DNA from: a virus
Direction: 5' to 3' (one strand)
DNA length: 64,000 nucleotides
IMG/VR virus record: IMGVR_UViG_3300015360_000025
The translations under genes and the position numbers were made by a program. Below, piece by piece: positions 54,482 to 64,000 of this stretch (the first letter of the stretch is position 1; every line of letters begins with the position of its first letter). The notes beneath the pieces were generated by a model. The model had not been told where the DNA came from. It did not search any database and saw only the letters and a list, made by a program, of their open reading frames with translations.

Positions 54482-57404
54482 GCTCTTCTCTCTCTTCGAT
54501 GAGAAGTTGTCACATCCTAACGAGCTGGTGTCCAGCCCGTCGCAGAACCTTGATTCGATCGGGAACGGTGTCGAGAGCTCTGATACTCTGCTTCGTAAGA
54601 TCCAGCAGTTCGAGATCGTACGACCCAAGGTCGACTACTCAGATTTTGCGAACTTCGTATTCTTCAATTCGGCCCTTGACTACTTCAATATCACCGGCGA
54701 GAAGCTGCTGAACGAGTACCCTGTAGGAGGATCTAGCGAGAATCTGGAGTTCTTCCTGAATTCTCTGGACGATTACCAGCGAGATGTTGTCAGAGTATGG
54801 CCTAAGAGTCAAGGACACTTGAGGTTCCAGCCAACTTCTGGGTTTGCCTATATTGCCGTAGACGACGTGGGAAAGGATGCTGGTGTCTCACGCACGTCGA
54901 TCATGAGTCCAGGTACTGGTTCTATCTCTATAGAATTCTGGGCCGTGTCTCCTCCGATATTAACTGGATCGAACAACGTTATGGTCGTCGCCCAGAAGGT
55001 GACCGGTTCTGGTGACGGATTCTCCGTTTTCTACTCTGGGTCAAATGCCTTTTTCACTATAAAATCAGGATCATCGACTGATTCGATTTCAGCTCCGCTT
55101 TCCCCGAACTCTCTACAGTACTTCTGCTTTGTATATGATCGTGGCGCAGCCAGTCCTATCGTGAAGTCATTCACCGGCAGCGTTGGTGAATTTCCAGTAC
55201 TGGTGTCATCTGTGACAGGATCAATCATGGGGTCCGTTGATGCTGGTACGAGTCGCTTCAACATAGGGTCAGGTTCTCTTTCTTCAAAGGTTGTTCGTCC
55301 GTTTACAGGTTCTCTAGACGACGTTCGTTTCTGGCGTGCCGCTCGATCACTTGTTGATATAAGTTCAAGTTTTAACGCTCGTATCTACGCACAGGATGGA
55401 CTATACGGTCTGTGGCGTTTCAATGAATCTGGATCTGTTCCATCTGGCGACGAGCGAACAATTGTCCAAGATCACTCAGGCTTCAAGCTCAATGGTCGGA
55501 TTAAGAATTATTACACTGCGATACGTGGTTCAGGATCGATCCTACCTTACGACTCGTCAGATCTGATCCTTTCATTGAACGCTCCAGAAGTAGCTGTATA
55601 CATTGAGACGCAACAATTGTCTGGGACACTTTACGATAGATACAATGACAACGGAATCACGCGACTTCTACCAGAGCAATTCTTCCTGTTAGAAGAATTC
55701 AAGAACACTGACGTCCTGAAGAATTTCCTATACGTCCTTGGCAGATACTTCGATTCAATTAAGGTCCGCATTGACCAGTTCGCGCATATTTTGCGTAGCA
55801 ACTACGGTCAATTCAACCAGACACCAGATGCACTCCTCCAAGACATCGCAAAATTCTTTGGATGGGAATTCACAGGAAACTTCCTCAATTCTGACGTCAT
55901 CCAGTACATCATCGGTAAGCAGGTACTTGCTAATACTGAGAGTAACAAACAACTTGATGTGAAGTTGTTTGAGATCAAGAATGAGTTCTGGAAGCGCACG
56001 CTCATAAACCTGATGCACCTATACAAGACGAAGGGGACCAGGGAGAGCGTGGAGTCGTTGCTACGAATCTACGGTGTGAACAAGAACTTTATCAGATTGA
56101 AGGAGTACGGATCCAAGCCAAATGCGGGCATCAGTACGTTCCGCATTTCTTCGGAGAAATCAGTACCCGCCATCACGTTCGGCAGTGGTAGTGCCATATC
56201 GACCAACAAAGTGACGTCAAAAGAGTTCAGAGGTCCAGTGAGGACGATAGAGACTCGGCTAAGATTTCCGACTGATCTCTCAGTCGAGATGACAGCCAGT
56301 CTTCTAACCGGCTCTATCTGGTCGATGAATACGGCGTCAGACGGATCTATGAAGCAGCGGTTGTACTTCACGAAGTCGTCTGTTTCTTCGACCACTGGAA
56401 GCCTCATCTATACAGGTTCCGAAGGAAACGTCGTCCTCGCGTCAGTTCCGATCTTCGACAACAAATGGTACAATGTCGTCGTCCTTAAAGACTATCTCTC
56501 ATCTTCAGTGAGGATTGACGTACGAAAAATCGATCAGGGAGAGGTCACGTATCACTCGACATCCAGCCTGTTTACGCCACTCACATCAGATTCCAGTTCA
56601 GTCTACAAACTTCTGCTTGGATCTACAGGATCGTTACCTAGCCAACAGTGGATGCAGGAAGTCAGAGTGTGGACCGAGCCTCTCAGTGAAACGGAATTGA
56701 ACGATCACGTCTTGAATTTCCAGAGCTACGGAACAGAAGAGATCAACGGACTCACTGAACTTACCTTGCACTGGAGACTCAACGAGAACGTGGAAGCTGG
56801 ACTGACCGGTCAACTCTACAATCTGATCTTTGATTTTTCGGGACAAAATGTCACCGGTTCCGGTGAGGGATTCATCCCAGACATAACCCCGTATAAGAAA
56901 TTCCTGAATGAATTCAACTACATTGCCTCGCCGGAGTATGGCTGGAATGAAGAGAAGATCCGAAGTCTGGAGACTTCTACGGTGCTGCCCGCTGATGCAT
57001 TCGTCGACAACCCACTGATCGGTCTAGAATTCAACCTGACCGATGCACTCAATGAAGACATCTCCCAGATTTTGGCCACGATGGATGGCTTCAATGAATC
57101 TATGGGAGCTTCAGTGAACCTATACCGGGACAGCTATCAAGATCTTGATGTTCTCAGAGAGAACTATTTCAAGAGATTGAATGGATCGATCAACTTCCGG
57201 GTCTTCGCTGACCTCTTGGAGTTCTTTGATCGTTCCTTCATCGATCTTATACGAAGGCTCATTCCAGCGAGGGCCACATTCCTCGGTGACGAGTTCGTGG
57301 TCGAGAGCCATATGCTAGAACGTCCGAAGCTTCAGTGGAACTATCGGAGACGTGAAAGAGAGTTTCAGCCAGAAGGCGTGATCAAAGTCTTCATTAGATC
57401 CTAA
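54468..57404 (+). CDS. Large baseplate/tail protein with LamG-like domains
   Basis: SIEFW, F.GSLDDVRFW, LWRF.E; WYNV, EVRVW, HWRL.E; YKTKGTRES..LL..YG. Confidence 0.75.
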   Translation: MAKNKLFSLFDEKLSHPNELVSSPSQNLDSIGNGVESSDTLLRKIQQFEIVRPKVDYSDFANFVFFNSALDYFNITGEKLLNEYPVGGSSENLEFFLNSLDDYQRDVVRVWPKSQGHLRFQPTSGFAYIAVDDVGKDAGVSRTSIMSPGTGSISIEFWAVSPPILTGSNNVMVVAQKVTGSGDGFSVFYSGSNAFFTIKSGSSTDSISAPLSPNSLQYFCFVYDRGAASPIVKSFTGSVGEFPVLVSSVTGSIMGSVDAGTSRFNIGSGSLSSKVVRPFTGSLDDVRFWRAARSLVDISSSFNARIYAQDGLYGLWRFNESGSVPSGDERTIVQDHSGFKLNGRIKNYYTAIRGSGSILPYDSSDLILSLNAPEVAVYIETQQLSGTLYDRYNDNGITRLLPEQFFLLEEFKNTDVLKNFLYVLGRYFDSIKVRIDQFAHILRSNYGQFNQTPDALLQDIAKFFGWEFTGNFLNSDVIQYIIGKQVLANTESNKQLDVKLFEIKNEFWKRTLINLMHLYKTKGTRESVESLLRIYGVNKNFIRLKEYGSKPNAGISTFRISSEKSVPAITFGSGSAISTNKVTSKEFRGPVRTIETRLRFPTDLSVEMTASLLTGSIWSMNTASDGSMKQRLYFTKSSVSSTTGSLIYTGSEGNVVLASVPIFDNKWYNVVVLKDYLSSSVRIDVRKIDQGEVTYHSTSSLFTPLTSDSSSVYKLLLGSTGSLPSQQWMQEVRVWTEPLSETELNDHVLNFQSYGTEEINGLTELTLHWRLNENVEAGLTGQLYNLIFDFSGQNVTGSGEGFIPDITPYKKFLNEFNYIASPEYGWNEEKIRSLETSTVLPADAFVDNPLIGLEFNLTDALNEDISQILATMDGFNESMGASVNLYRDSYQDLDVLRENYFKRLNGSINFRVFADLLEFFDRSFIDLIRRLIPARATFLGDEFVVESHMLERPKLQWNYRRREREFQPEGVIKVFIRS

Positions 57405-57425
57405 TTAAGGAGCGAGGAACAAGAG

Positions 57426-59267
57426 ATGGCTGACTTCATTATCACAGGTGGTACCAATTCCGGGACTTTGAACTTCCCGAAGACGGATCGTCACGCCACT
57501 CCACCCGGGACCGATCCTACCAAGATCATCTCTGGTTCGGAGTGGAACTCGTTGTGCCAAGCAGCTGTCGACATCCGGACGAATATCATCTCCGGATCTA
57601 TCTTCGGCTTCGGGACACGATACGCCAATGCCGGTTCTATTCCGAGCATTCCGGGCCACAGCAAGGCCACCGGCGATTACTTCTGGATCGATACTGATGC
57701 AGAGTTGAACTTCCACAAGAGAGACAATACTGACCATCAGATGGTCACGAAGGATGTCTTCAATAGGATCGGCCTAAACGTTTTGGTCGCCTCTGGAACT
57801 GTGCACGCATATAGTGACGGCACAGATGCCAGGATGTTGATCCTCCAGCAGGCGAACGTCTCCTCGATAAAGAACACGGCCGAATTCTTCCGAGAAGTAA
57901 CTAACCACAAGATCCGCATCGGACAGTTCCAGAATGCCACGGATGGTTGGGTCCCAGCGAATGCGATGATCGTTGAAGTGTTCGACGGTTCGACAACTCG
58001 TAACGTCATGCATGCCGACGTAGGTGGCACCCGAATCACCCTGGGTCACACCACATCCTCCCCACAGTTGAGGGTTGGGATCAACACCATCACCCCGCTC
58101 AAACGTCTGGATATCAACGGTGACCTTCGAGTCGCCCAGACCTCTTCCTTCGAAGATTCCGTCTACGTCACCGGTGCGTTGGGAGTCACTGGATCTTCAG
58201 ACGTCATCGGACCGCTATCGGCATCAAGCGTAAGCGCCGGTGGAGCAAGACTTCAACCGCTTAACAACATCATCAACGGAAATTTCCAATTCTGGCAGCG
58301 TGGTGTCACTCCCGTCGTCCAGAATACGTCAAGTCCAACGAGGACCTTCCATTCTGATCGTTGGTACTCTTACACACTAAAGTTTGGCGCTCCTGATACG
58401 CAGTTCACGACTTCCAAACAGACCTCGAGTCTTCCCAACGACTATTGCGTTCGCATCAAGTGCGACACTTCTTCGGGAATCTTCACGGACAATTGGGGAC
58501 TCATCGTACAAGAGGTTGACCGAGATCTTGTAAAACTCATGCGCGGGAAGCGTGTCACTCTGACCGCCAAGCTGCGGACAGGATCTTCCTTCAGTGATTT
58601 CATTACCGCGTATATCGTTGAGAACACCGGATCTTCGACTCAGAATCTGACGACATTTGGCGGCAGCAACGAGTTAAGTGCCAATTTCATTTCTACTGGT
58701 CTGACGACGTCATTCAAGAAGTTCTCCGTCACTTCGGCCAATCCCGTGTCGTCGATCGCGAATGGAGTAGCTATCTATTTCGGTTACGTTATCCAGGGTG
58801 GCCATCCTGGAACTGCTGATGACTACATTGATGTTTCCGAGGTCATGCTTACGATCGGAGAGTCGGTCCCCGAATTGTACGAGATGACTGGACAATCAGA
58901 AGCCGGAGAATTTAATCTCTGTCAGAGATACTACGAGAAATCGTACGAACAAGATACCGCTCCCGGAACGAGTACTAGTTCTGGTTACCACGTCACTAAC
59001 GTGCTCGCCATTACTGCTAACGACACTGATGCATGGTTCGTTGGTGCAAATCCTCGCTTTTTGGCAGATAAGCGCGTCGCCCCAACAGTATCTCTTTGGG
59101 ACACCGACGGATCATCTGGGCAATGGCAGCTCGGCGGTGACTATCTCTCTACTTCCGCCATCGCACTTAGCACTAAGGGATTCGTTATTGCGAATAATAC
59201 GGGAGGTCCTGTGACCCCAACAGCAGGATATGCCTTTGGTCAGTGGATCGCTGACGCGGAGATTTGA
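57426..59267 (+). CDS. Tail fibre-like protein
   Basis: VGINTITP..LDING.L, NIINGNFQFWQRG, E..LCQRYYEK phage fibre motifs. Confidence 0.75.
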   Translation: MADFIITGGTNSGTLNFPKTDRHATPPGTDPTKIISGSEWNSLCQAAVDIRTNIISGSIFGFGTRYANAGSIPSIPGHSKATGDYFWIDTDAELNFHKRDNTDHQMVTKDVFNRIGLNVLVASGTVHAYSDGTDARMLILQQANVSSIKNTAEFFREVTNHKIRIGQFQNATDGWVPANAMIVEVFDGSTTRNVMHADVGGTRITLGHTTSSPQLRVGINTITPLKRLDINGDLRVAQTSSFEDSVYVTGALGVTGSSDVIGPLSASSVSAGGARLQPLNNIINGNFQFWQRGVTPVVQNTSSPTRTFHSDRWYSYTLKFGAPDTQFTTSKQTSSLPNDYCVRIKCDTSSGIFTDNWGLIVQEVDRDLVKLMRGKRVTLTAKLRTGSSFSDFITAYIVENTGSSTQNLTTFGGSNELSANFISTGLTTSFKKFSVTSANPVSSIANGVAIYFGYVIQGGHPGTADDYIDVSEVMLTIGESVPELYEMTGQSEAGEFNLCQRYYEKSYEQDTAPGTSTSSGYHVTNVLAITANDTDAWFVGANPRFLADKRVAPTVSLWDTDGSSGQWQLGGDYLSTSAIALSTKGFVIANNTGGPVTPTAGYAFGQWIADAEI

Positions 59268-59512
59268 CGATGGCCAATAAGAGAGTCTACTACGCAGTCA
59301 TAGTCTCAGGGTCGACGGTCTGTCTTGTCGATACGTTCATGTCTGGGAATATCCCGTTGGCGGCGAATAACAAGGATTATCAGCAGTATCTACTTTTGTC
59401 CGCATCTAATAGGGCGATCGCAGTGGTAGATGAGGGATCGATTCCGAGCGGAACGATCAACAGTCCAGAAGTCTATTCCGACTTCACTGTTCCAGTGACA
59501 TCTTCGCTCTAA
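59264..59512 (+). CDS. Small tail-fibre-associated protein
   Basis: IP....NKDYQQYL motif typical of small fibre-adjacent phage proteins. Confidence 0.55.
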   Translation: MTMANKRVYYAVIVSGSTVCLVDTFMSGNIPLAANNKDYQQYLLLSASNRAIAVVDEGSIPSGTINSPEVYSDFTVPVTSSL

Positions 59513-59552
59513 ATGCGATCGACATAAGCGGTTCGGAGAACCTGTAAATCTG

Positions 59553-61106
59553 ATGCCTGCTTCATACTCTTGGAATCTCGTTTCTGCCCCTCTATCAGGA
59601 TCTCCTCCGAACGTCGGGACGTTTGTACCTCAAACCCCATCTGGTATTGATCAACGTCGGAAACAGTTCGAAAGAGGAATCAAGTTCGCCAATGTTCCTG
59701 GCGGACGAGCAGATTTCGTAGTTCATGGCGGACCACGTGTCCATCATGTGAATAGTCTCCTGAATGTCTACCATGGACCTGGAGATGTAATCGTCGAAGA
59801 TGGTCGATACAGCGGTGTCGTGAAGTTCAGGTTCAGAGATTACCGTCGTTTCAAGATGCCTGATAGCATCAATAATCTTGAATTTCGGTCATCTGACAGA
59901 TTTACCAATCCGGTCTTTCCGTTTACTGGACAATACTCTGCTGACCATATTTTCTTCACAGTCGCCTCTGGGTCTGTTTCTTTCCAGGGATCGATGAATG
60001 TGGGGAGATCTCGATATGTCTCTGGTCGTCTTCTCACTGATCTGGCGATAGTGGCAGGTGGTTGGCTCTCGAACGGAATCACAGGAAGCGCTCTCAATTC
60101 AGCGCAGACTTTCTTCTCCGGGACTGGTCTGTGGACGACCATAGCTACGATGCCGTTTTTCAAGAGTCAAGCGGCGGGAGTAGTTCTTTCAGGATCTGGA
60201 GACTTTGTTGTCTTCGGTGGGACGACTTCTAGCTTCTGGGATGCTGCTGAAGGTGCACGTGCCTGTCGGTACATAAGCGCAAGTGGCACATGGATTCCTA
60301 CTGCCAACTCCGCCTCCGTGTCACGGCGTGACTTTGAAGTGGTTCAGATCCCAGATGGAAGGGTATTCCTACCGGGCGGCTTAGGACCATCCTTCACCGG
60401 AAGTGAGTTTTACAATCCAGCGACCAACACTTTCTCTGGAACTTCAGCTCTTCCACTCCCACCACTCAATCGGGAATCTTTTACCACGACGCTTTTGAGT
60501 GACGGAACCGTACTTGTCTGCGGCGGTCGTGATCCAGTAGATCTGGAGCCTTCAAGACATGCATTTAGATTCTATCCGACGATCCAGAGCTGGTCCATTG
60601 AACCATCGATGTCTGTCGGTAGAGCAGCTCATCAGGCAACGTTCATCGATGGACAAGTCGTCGTCATGGGAGGATTTACTTCTGCGGCGACTGCTTCATT
60701 TCCATTCGGATTCCCGGGCCCAATCGGTGGGACTGGAGATGACTTCGGAGCTAACGCTGACGTGGAGATGTATGATCCGAACTTAGGAACATGGCGGACC
60801 ACTGCCCCGATGCCAGTGCCACGAGCTAGGTTTTCGACGTTCGGATATATCAAGGACGGTGGTCGGATCATTGTTTTCGGTGGGTATGGAAACGCTGAAG
60901 ATCCAATCGAGCAGGTTGATTTGTACGCATTCGAAAATGATGATTGGACGACTGTCACTCCATTGCCATCTGGAGTTTTCGATATAGACGTTGTTCAACT
61001 CAATTCTGTCGGTCAGACAACCCTTGATTTCAAGATACTAATTCCAGGAGGAGCTCTCTCAGGTTCGACATTCAGCGGTTCTCAACTGTACAGAACTTCT
61101 GGATGA
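59553..61106 (+). CDS. Kelch-repeat beta-propeller protein
   Basis: About six GG...Y/F...W repeats (VFGG, LPGG, VCGG, VMGG, VFGG, IPGG). Confidence 0.88.
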   Translation: MPASYSWNLVSAPLSGSPPNVGTFVPQTPSGIDQRRKQFERGIKFANVPGGRADFVVHGGPRVHHVNSLLNVYHGPGDVIVEDGRYSGVVKFRFRDYRRFKMPDSINNLEFRSSDRFTNPVFPFTGQYSADHIFFTVASGSVSFQGSMNVGRSRYVSGRLLTDLAIVAGGWLSNGITGSALNSAQTFFSGTGLWTTIATMPFFKSQAAGVVLSGSGDFVVFGGTTSSFWDAAEGARACRYISASGTWIPTANSASVSRRDFEVVQIPDGRVFLPGGLGPSFTGSEFYNPATNTFSGTSALPLPPLNRESFTTTLLSDGTVLVCGGRDPVDLEPSRHAFRFYPTIQSWSIEPSMSVGRAAHQATFIDGQVVVMGGFTSAATASFPFGFPGPIGGTGDDFGANADVEMYDPNLGTWRTTAPMPVPRARFSTFGYIKDGGRIIVFGGYGNAEDPIEQVDLYAFENDDWTTVTPLPSGVFDIDVVQLNSVGQTTLDFKILIPGGALSGSTFSGSQLYRTSG

Positions 61107-61121
61107 ACCTACTTACTACAA

Positions 61122-64000
61122 ATGGCTGACAACTTCGGTGTATACAATCTGACTGGACGTGTTGAGTCCGTCATATCGAGTTCTCTCGAGACGGCGTTGC
61201 AACCGGTGTCTGGGAATATCAACATCCGTCGGTTGCCAGAAAGACATCTTCGAGATTTGGCAGAATTTGATCTACAAGACGAATCGTTCGCGAAAATCAA
61301 AAATTCGTTTGTCATCGCCGAGCTGTCGTCCTCTCAACATGAAGTGACGTCTAGGAATGCCTTCCTAAGTGGAACGGAACAACTTGAGTTCACCGATGTT
61401 CCAGCAACTGGTTCCGTATATTACTCCAAGACTAACAGATTTCGGCAGTTGACGTACAAATTGTCGGCTTCTGCTAATCTTCCGATTGTCCCAGGAAATA
61501 CTCGTGACCCAAGCACTATTGAGAACGTTTCTCGCGGAACATTCCACCCAGTTTCTGGTTCGTACAGGAACAATAGTTACTTCGATCCCGCTGTTTTTAC
61601 GATTGATGTTCCCGAATATGGGAAGATCCGTGACATCAAGGTGTGGGTCGAACTCGTCCATGATCATCGTGGCGGAACGGGTCAGTGTCTGACGGCGTCC
61701 AGTCCTTTCTACGGTGGTGGCTCCGGGACGTTAGAGGACGATCTAAAACACGGACTTCAAGGACTTCAGATTGCTCTTCGCAGTCCTAACACAAACTTCA
61801 AATACTCCCATCCTCTTTGGAATGATCCTACGACGTTTGGTTTCGAAAAACGTCCAGACTCTGTCGTAGACGGCCGTTTCAAGGGAGTCCCAGATCTACT
61901 TAAGAATTCATATCTTCTGTGGGGCGGTCACTCTTTGGAGAGTGATCTTGGTATTACTCTTGGTTCGCTGACGTCTTCTTCGCCATCCGAATATACACTG
62001 GGCATCGTTGTGACTGGGTCATTCGACAATCAGATTACGTATCCATCCATGCAAGTCGACAAAGATGATCAGCCAGTGATCATCTTCGACATGCCCTTTG
62101 AAGGAAAGATGAAGATCCGTCGGTCATATTTCGACGGTGTCAATCCTCTTCTCTTTGCGGAAGAGGTAGTCACTTCGACATTCAACGTTGCGGGTATGAC
62201 ACTACTTTTAGGGTCAGACAAGAGGACCCCGCATATCCTCTTTGCAGAGAATGGGAATACAAGTCTTCGTTACATTCGGTCAAGTCCGACCGGCTGGGTC
62301 GGACCAGACGTCGTGACCGCGTGTACTAACCAGTTGGCTCACGACTTTGCTATAGATTCCAACAACAAGGTCATGATTTTCAGTCGTGGTAATGATTTCA
62401 TTCCAAGTATCTTTGTCTCTTCTTCGGTCGCAGGCTGGGAGAGAAATAAAGTCGGAAAAAACTCAGCGTATTTCTTTTTCCACTCTATCCAAGTAGATTC
62501 AAACGATGTATTCCACTTCTCTTATCTAGATCATGACGATGCTGGAGATTGGGTCTTCTACGGTACGACAGGTTCGGCAGGATTGACAATCGAGAAGGCT
62601 ACCATTGTTGATTTCACACTATCGGCAAATCCGTTTCTCGCTTTGGCGTTAAATTCGCGTGGTGTACCAACGATCGCCATCGGCGCAAACGAGAGCGGAA
62701 TACGACTTATTACGTCTGGTACCACCGGGTGGTCTTCAAAGGTTCACTTCGACAATATTCTCTTTTCTCCCAAGTTTTTTCCGAAAAACGCAGTATTCGA
62801 TAGTAACGACGATCTTCACATCATCACAGACATGTACAAGTACAGAGGGGTGAATAATTTCGATCTCGGAATTGTAAGATCGAGTTCGAACGGGATGTCT
62901 CTTGAACCTGTCGTGGATAGAACTGTCAATACGGGTAACGGCGGATATCCTGATCGATCTGTCGACTTTGATTCGGTCGGTAATCTTCATATCATGCACA
63001 ATGAGGCCTCCGGCTTAGGGGTTTTTGGAAGCATCCATCATTTGAAGAAAAATTTTCACAACTACAACGATGCTGCGTACTATGAGTATGATACCGACAT
63101 CGATATGCGCACTGTTTTTACGGATTCATCTCGAGTGTCGAATCCTAGGCATCTTGAGGACAACTACGAAAGTTCCACGTCCATCTCGCCTGGTCCATCG
63201 TCCATTCAGGTGGAGCGAGTTAGGAAAGAAGGTTCATACCCTAGCCCCACGTCGGCATCCGTCAAATTGTTCAACTACGGGTATCTAGACACCCCGTATT
63301 TCCAGAGTGCGTGGATGAGTGGCGCCAACTTTCCGTGGATGTTAGATTCTCGTGTTCCGCCAGGAAATTTTCAGGGACGCAACTTTAGCGCGACCTCGTC
63401 TTTGAACATCCCAATTCCTCCAGGCTGGTTGTCAGGACCAGCATACACTCCCACGGCCGGGGAATTCCCGACCAGCGGCTCTCAGATTGGTCCCGCTAAC
63501 ATCAAGCCCGTGTATCCACTGCTGGATGATATCTTTGCAGAGAATGTCGTACGGCAGTCTTCTTTGACGTCCACCCCAGCACCTGATTCGTTCTCCAAGA
63601 AAATCGTAGGGTTTAGACCAGGGTTGAGAGGGACCGAGATCAATGGGAAATGGCAACTGCTGATCGGGAATAACGCTGACTACATTACCGGAAACATGAC
63701 TGGGAGTCTACGTGGCGGGTATTGGTTTAGACAATTCAGGATCGAATTTCTCGTTGATCAGGGAGAAGATGACCAGTACAAGTCGATGCCAAGTCGAGCA
63801 TTCAAGTACAAGAAGCCAGGATACGTGACTGGTGGCGCAGGACGACGTCTCTTCCACATCGTGTCTGGTAGTGCTGCTTGGGACATAGGCGTCAATAACA
63901 TTTTTACGGTCCAACGAGATGAATACGGTAGAAGCGTAGGGATTACCAGCGTGACCGGGTCTACCCAGTTCGCCGTTTTCTCTCAATTGACTGGTGTCCT
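61122..64000 (+). CDS. Large virion-type protein (P-domain-like plus beta-propeller), 3' end beyond window
   Basis: ATG 61122; no + strand alternative in the track and frame read open at start and end; GKIRDIKVWVEL.H...LRSP; xDSxxxxHI propeller blades; GKWQLLI. Confidence 0.75.
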   Translation, partial: MADNFGVYNLTGRVESVISSSLETALQPVSGNINIRRLPERHLRDLAEFDLQDESFAKIKNSFVIAELSSSQHEVTSRNAFLSGTEQLEFTDVPATGSVYYSKTNRFRQLTYKLSASANLPIVPGNTRDPSTIENVSRGTFHPVSGSYRNNSYFDPAVFTIDVPEYGKIRDIKVWVELVHDHRGGTGQCLTASSPFYGGGSGTLEDDLKHGLQGLQIALRSPNTNFKYSHPLWNDPTTFGFEKRPDSVVDGRFKGVPDLLKNSYLLWGGHSLESDLGITLGSLTSSSPSEYTLGIVVTGSFDNQITYPSMQVDKDDQPVIIFDMPFEGKMKIRRSYFDGVNPLLFAEEVVTSTFNVAGMTLLLGSDKRTPHILFAENGNTSLRYIRSSPTGWVGPDVVTACTNQLAHDFAIDSNNKVMIFSRGNDFIPSIFVSSSVAGWERNKVGKNSAYFFFHSIQVDSNDVFHFSYLDHDDAGDWVFYGTTGSAGLTIEKATIVDFTLSANPFLALALNSRGVPTIAIGANESGIRLITSGTTGWSSKVHFDNILFSPKFFPKNAVFDSNDDLHIITDMYKYRGVNNFDLGIVRSSSNGMSLEPVVDRTVNTGNGGYPDRSVDFDSVGNLHIMHNEASGLGVFGSIHHLKKNFHNYNDAAYYEYDTDIDMRTVFTDSSRVSNPRHLEDNYESSTSISPGPSSIQVERVRKEGSYPSPTSASVKLFNYGYLDTPYFQSAWMSGANFPWMLDSRVPPGNFQGRNFSATSSLNIPIPPGWLSGPAYTPTAGEFPTSGSQIGPANIKPVYPLLDDIFAENVVRQSSLTSTPAPDSFSKKIVGFRPGLRGTEINGKWQLLIGNNADYITGNMTGSLRGGYWFRQFRIEFLVDQGEDDQYKSMPSRAFKYKKPGYVTGGAGRRLFHIVSGSAAWDIGVNNIFTVQRDEYGRSVGITSVTGSTQFAVFSQLTGV

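Noticed and set aside
793-63986. Minus-strand ORFs in the track (for example 19598-20473, 46967-47740, 41159-41794)
   Set aside because: They overlap motif-bearing + strand genes or RNAs, lack SD sites and recognisable motifs; treated as shadows
57426-64000. Diversity-generating retroelement targeting tail fibres
   Set aside because: No reverse transcriptase and no template/variable repeat pair noticed in the window

Overview
A 64-kb segment of a large tailed-phage (jumbo/myovirus-like) genome, essentially all genes on the + strand; the minus-strand ORFs look like shadows. Layout: (i) 1-600, mosaic direct repeats; (ii) 0.9-14.2 kb, small accessory genes with a vWA lipoprotein, MazG-like protein, RMF-like domain, GH19 endolysin, peptide deformylase and IscU; (iii) 14.3-24.3 kb, a translation-takeover island with about 38 tRNA genes covering all 20 amino acids (many atypical), a tmRNA, several unexplained structured RNAs including a permuted tRNA-like (YrlA-type) element, and live and dead homing endonucleases; (iv) a 28-bp tandem repeat at 24.4 kb; (v) 25.7-46.5 kb, a nucleotide-sugar/glycosyltransferase cluster with heptose/pentose-phosphate enzymes and GT9 domains; (vi) 47.3-64 kb, a sigma-like factor and baseplate/tail genes whose products are rich in a [ST]-[GA]-S tripeptide. 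The leading hypothesis is a phage-encoded heptose-type glycosylation system acting on virion proteins. All calls come from manual motif and base-pairing inspection; no database searches were run.
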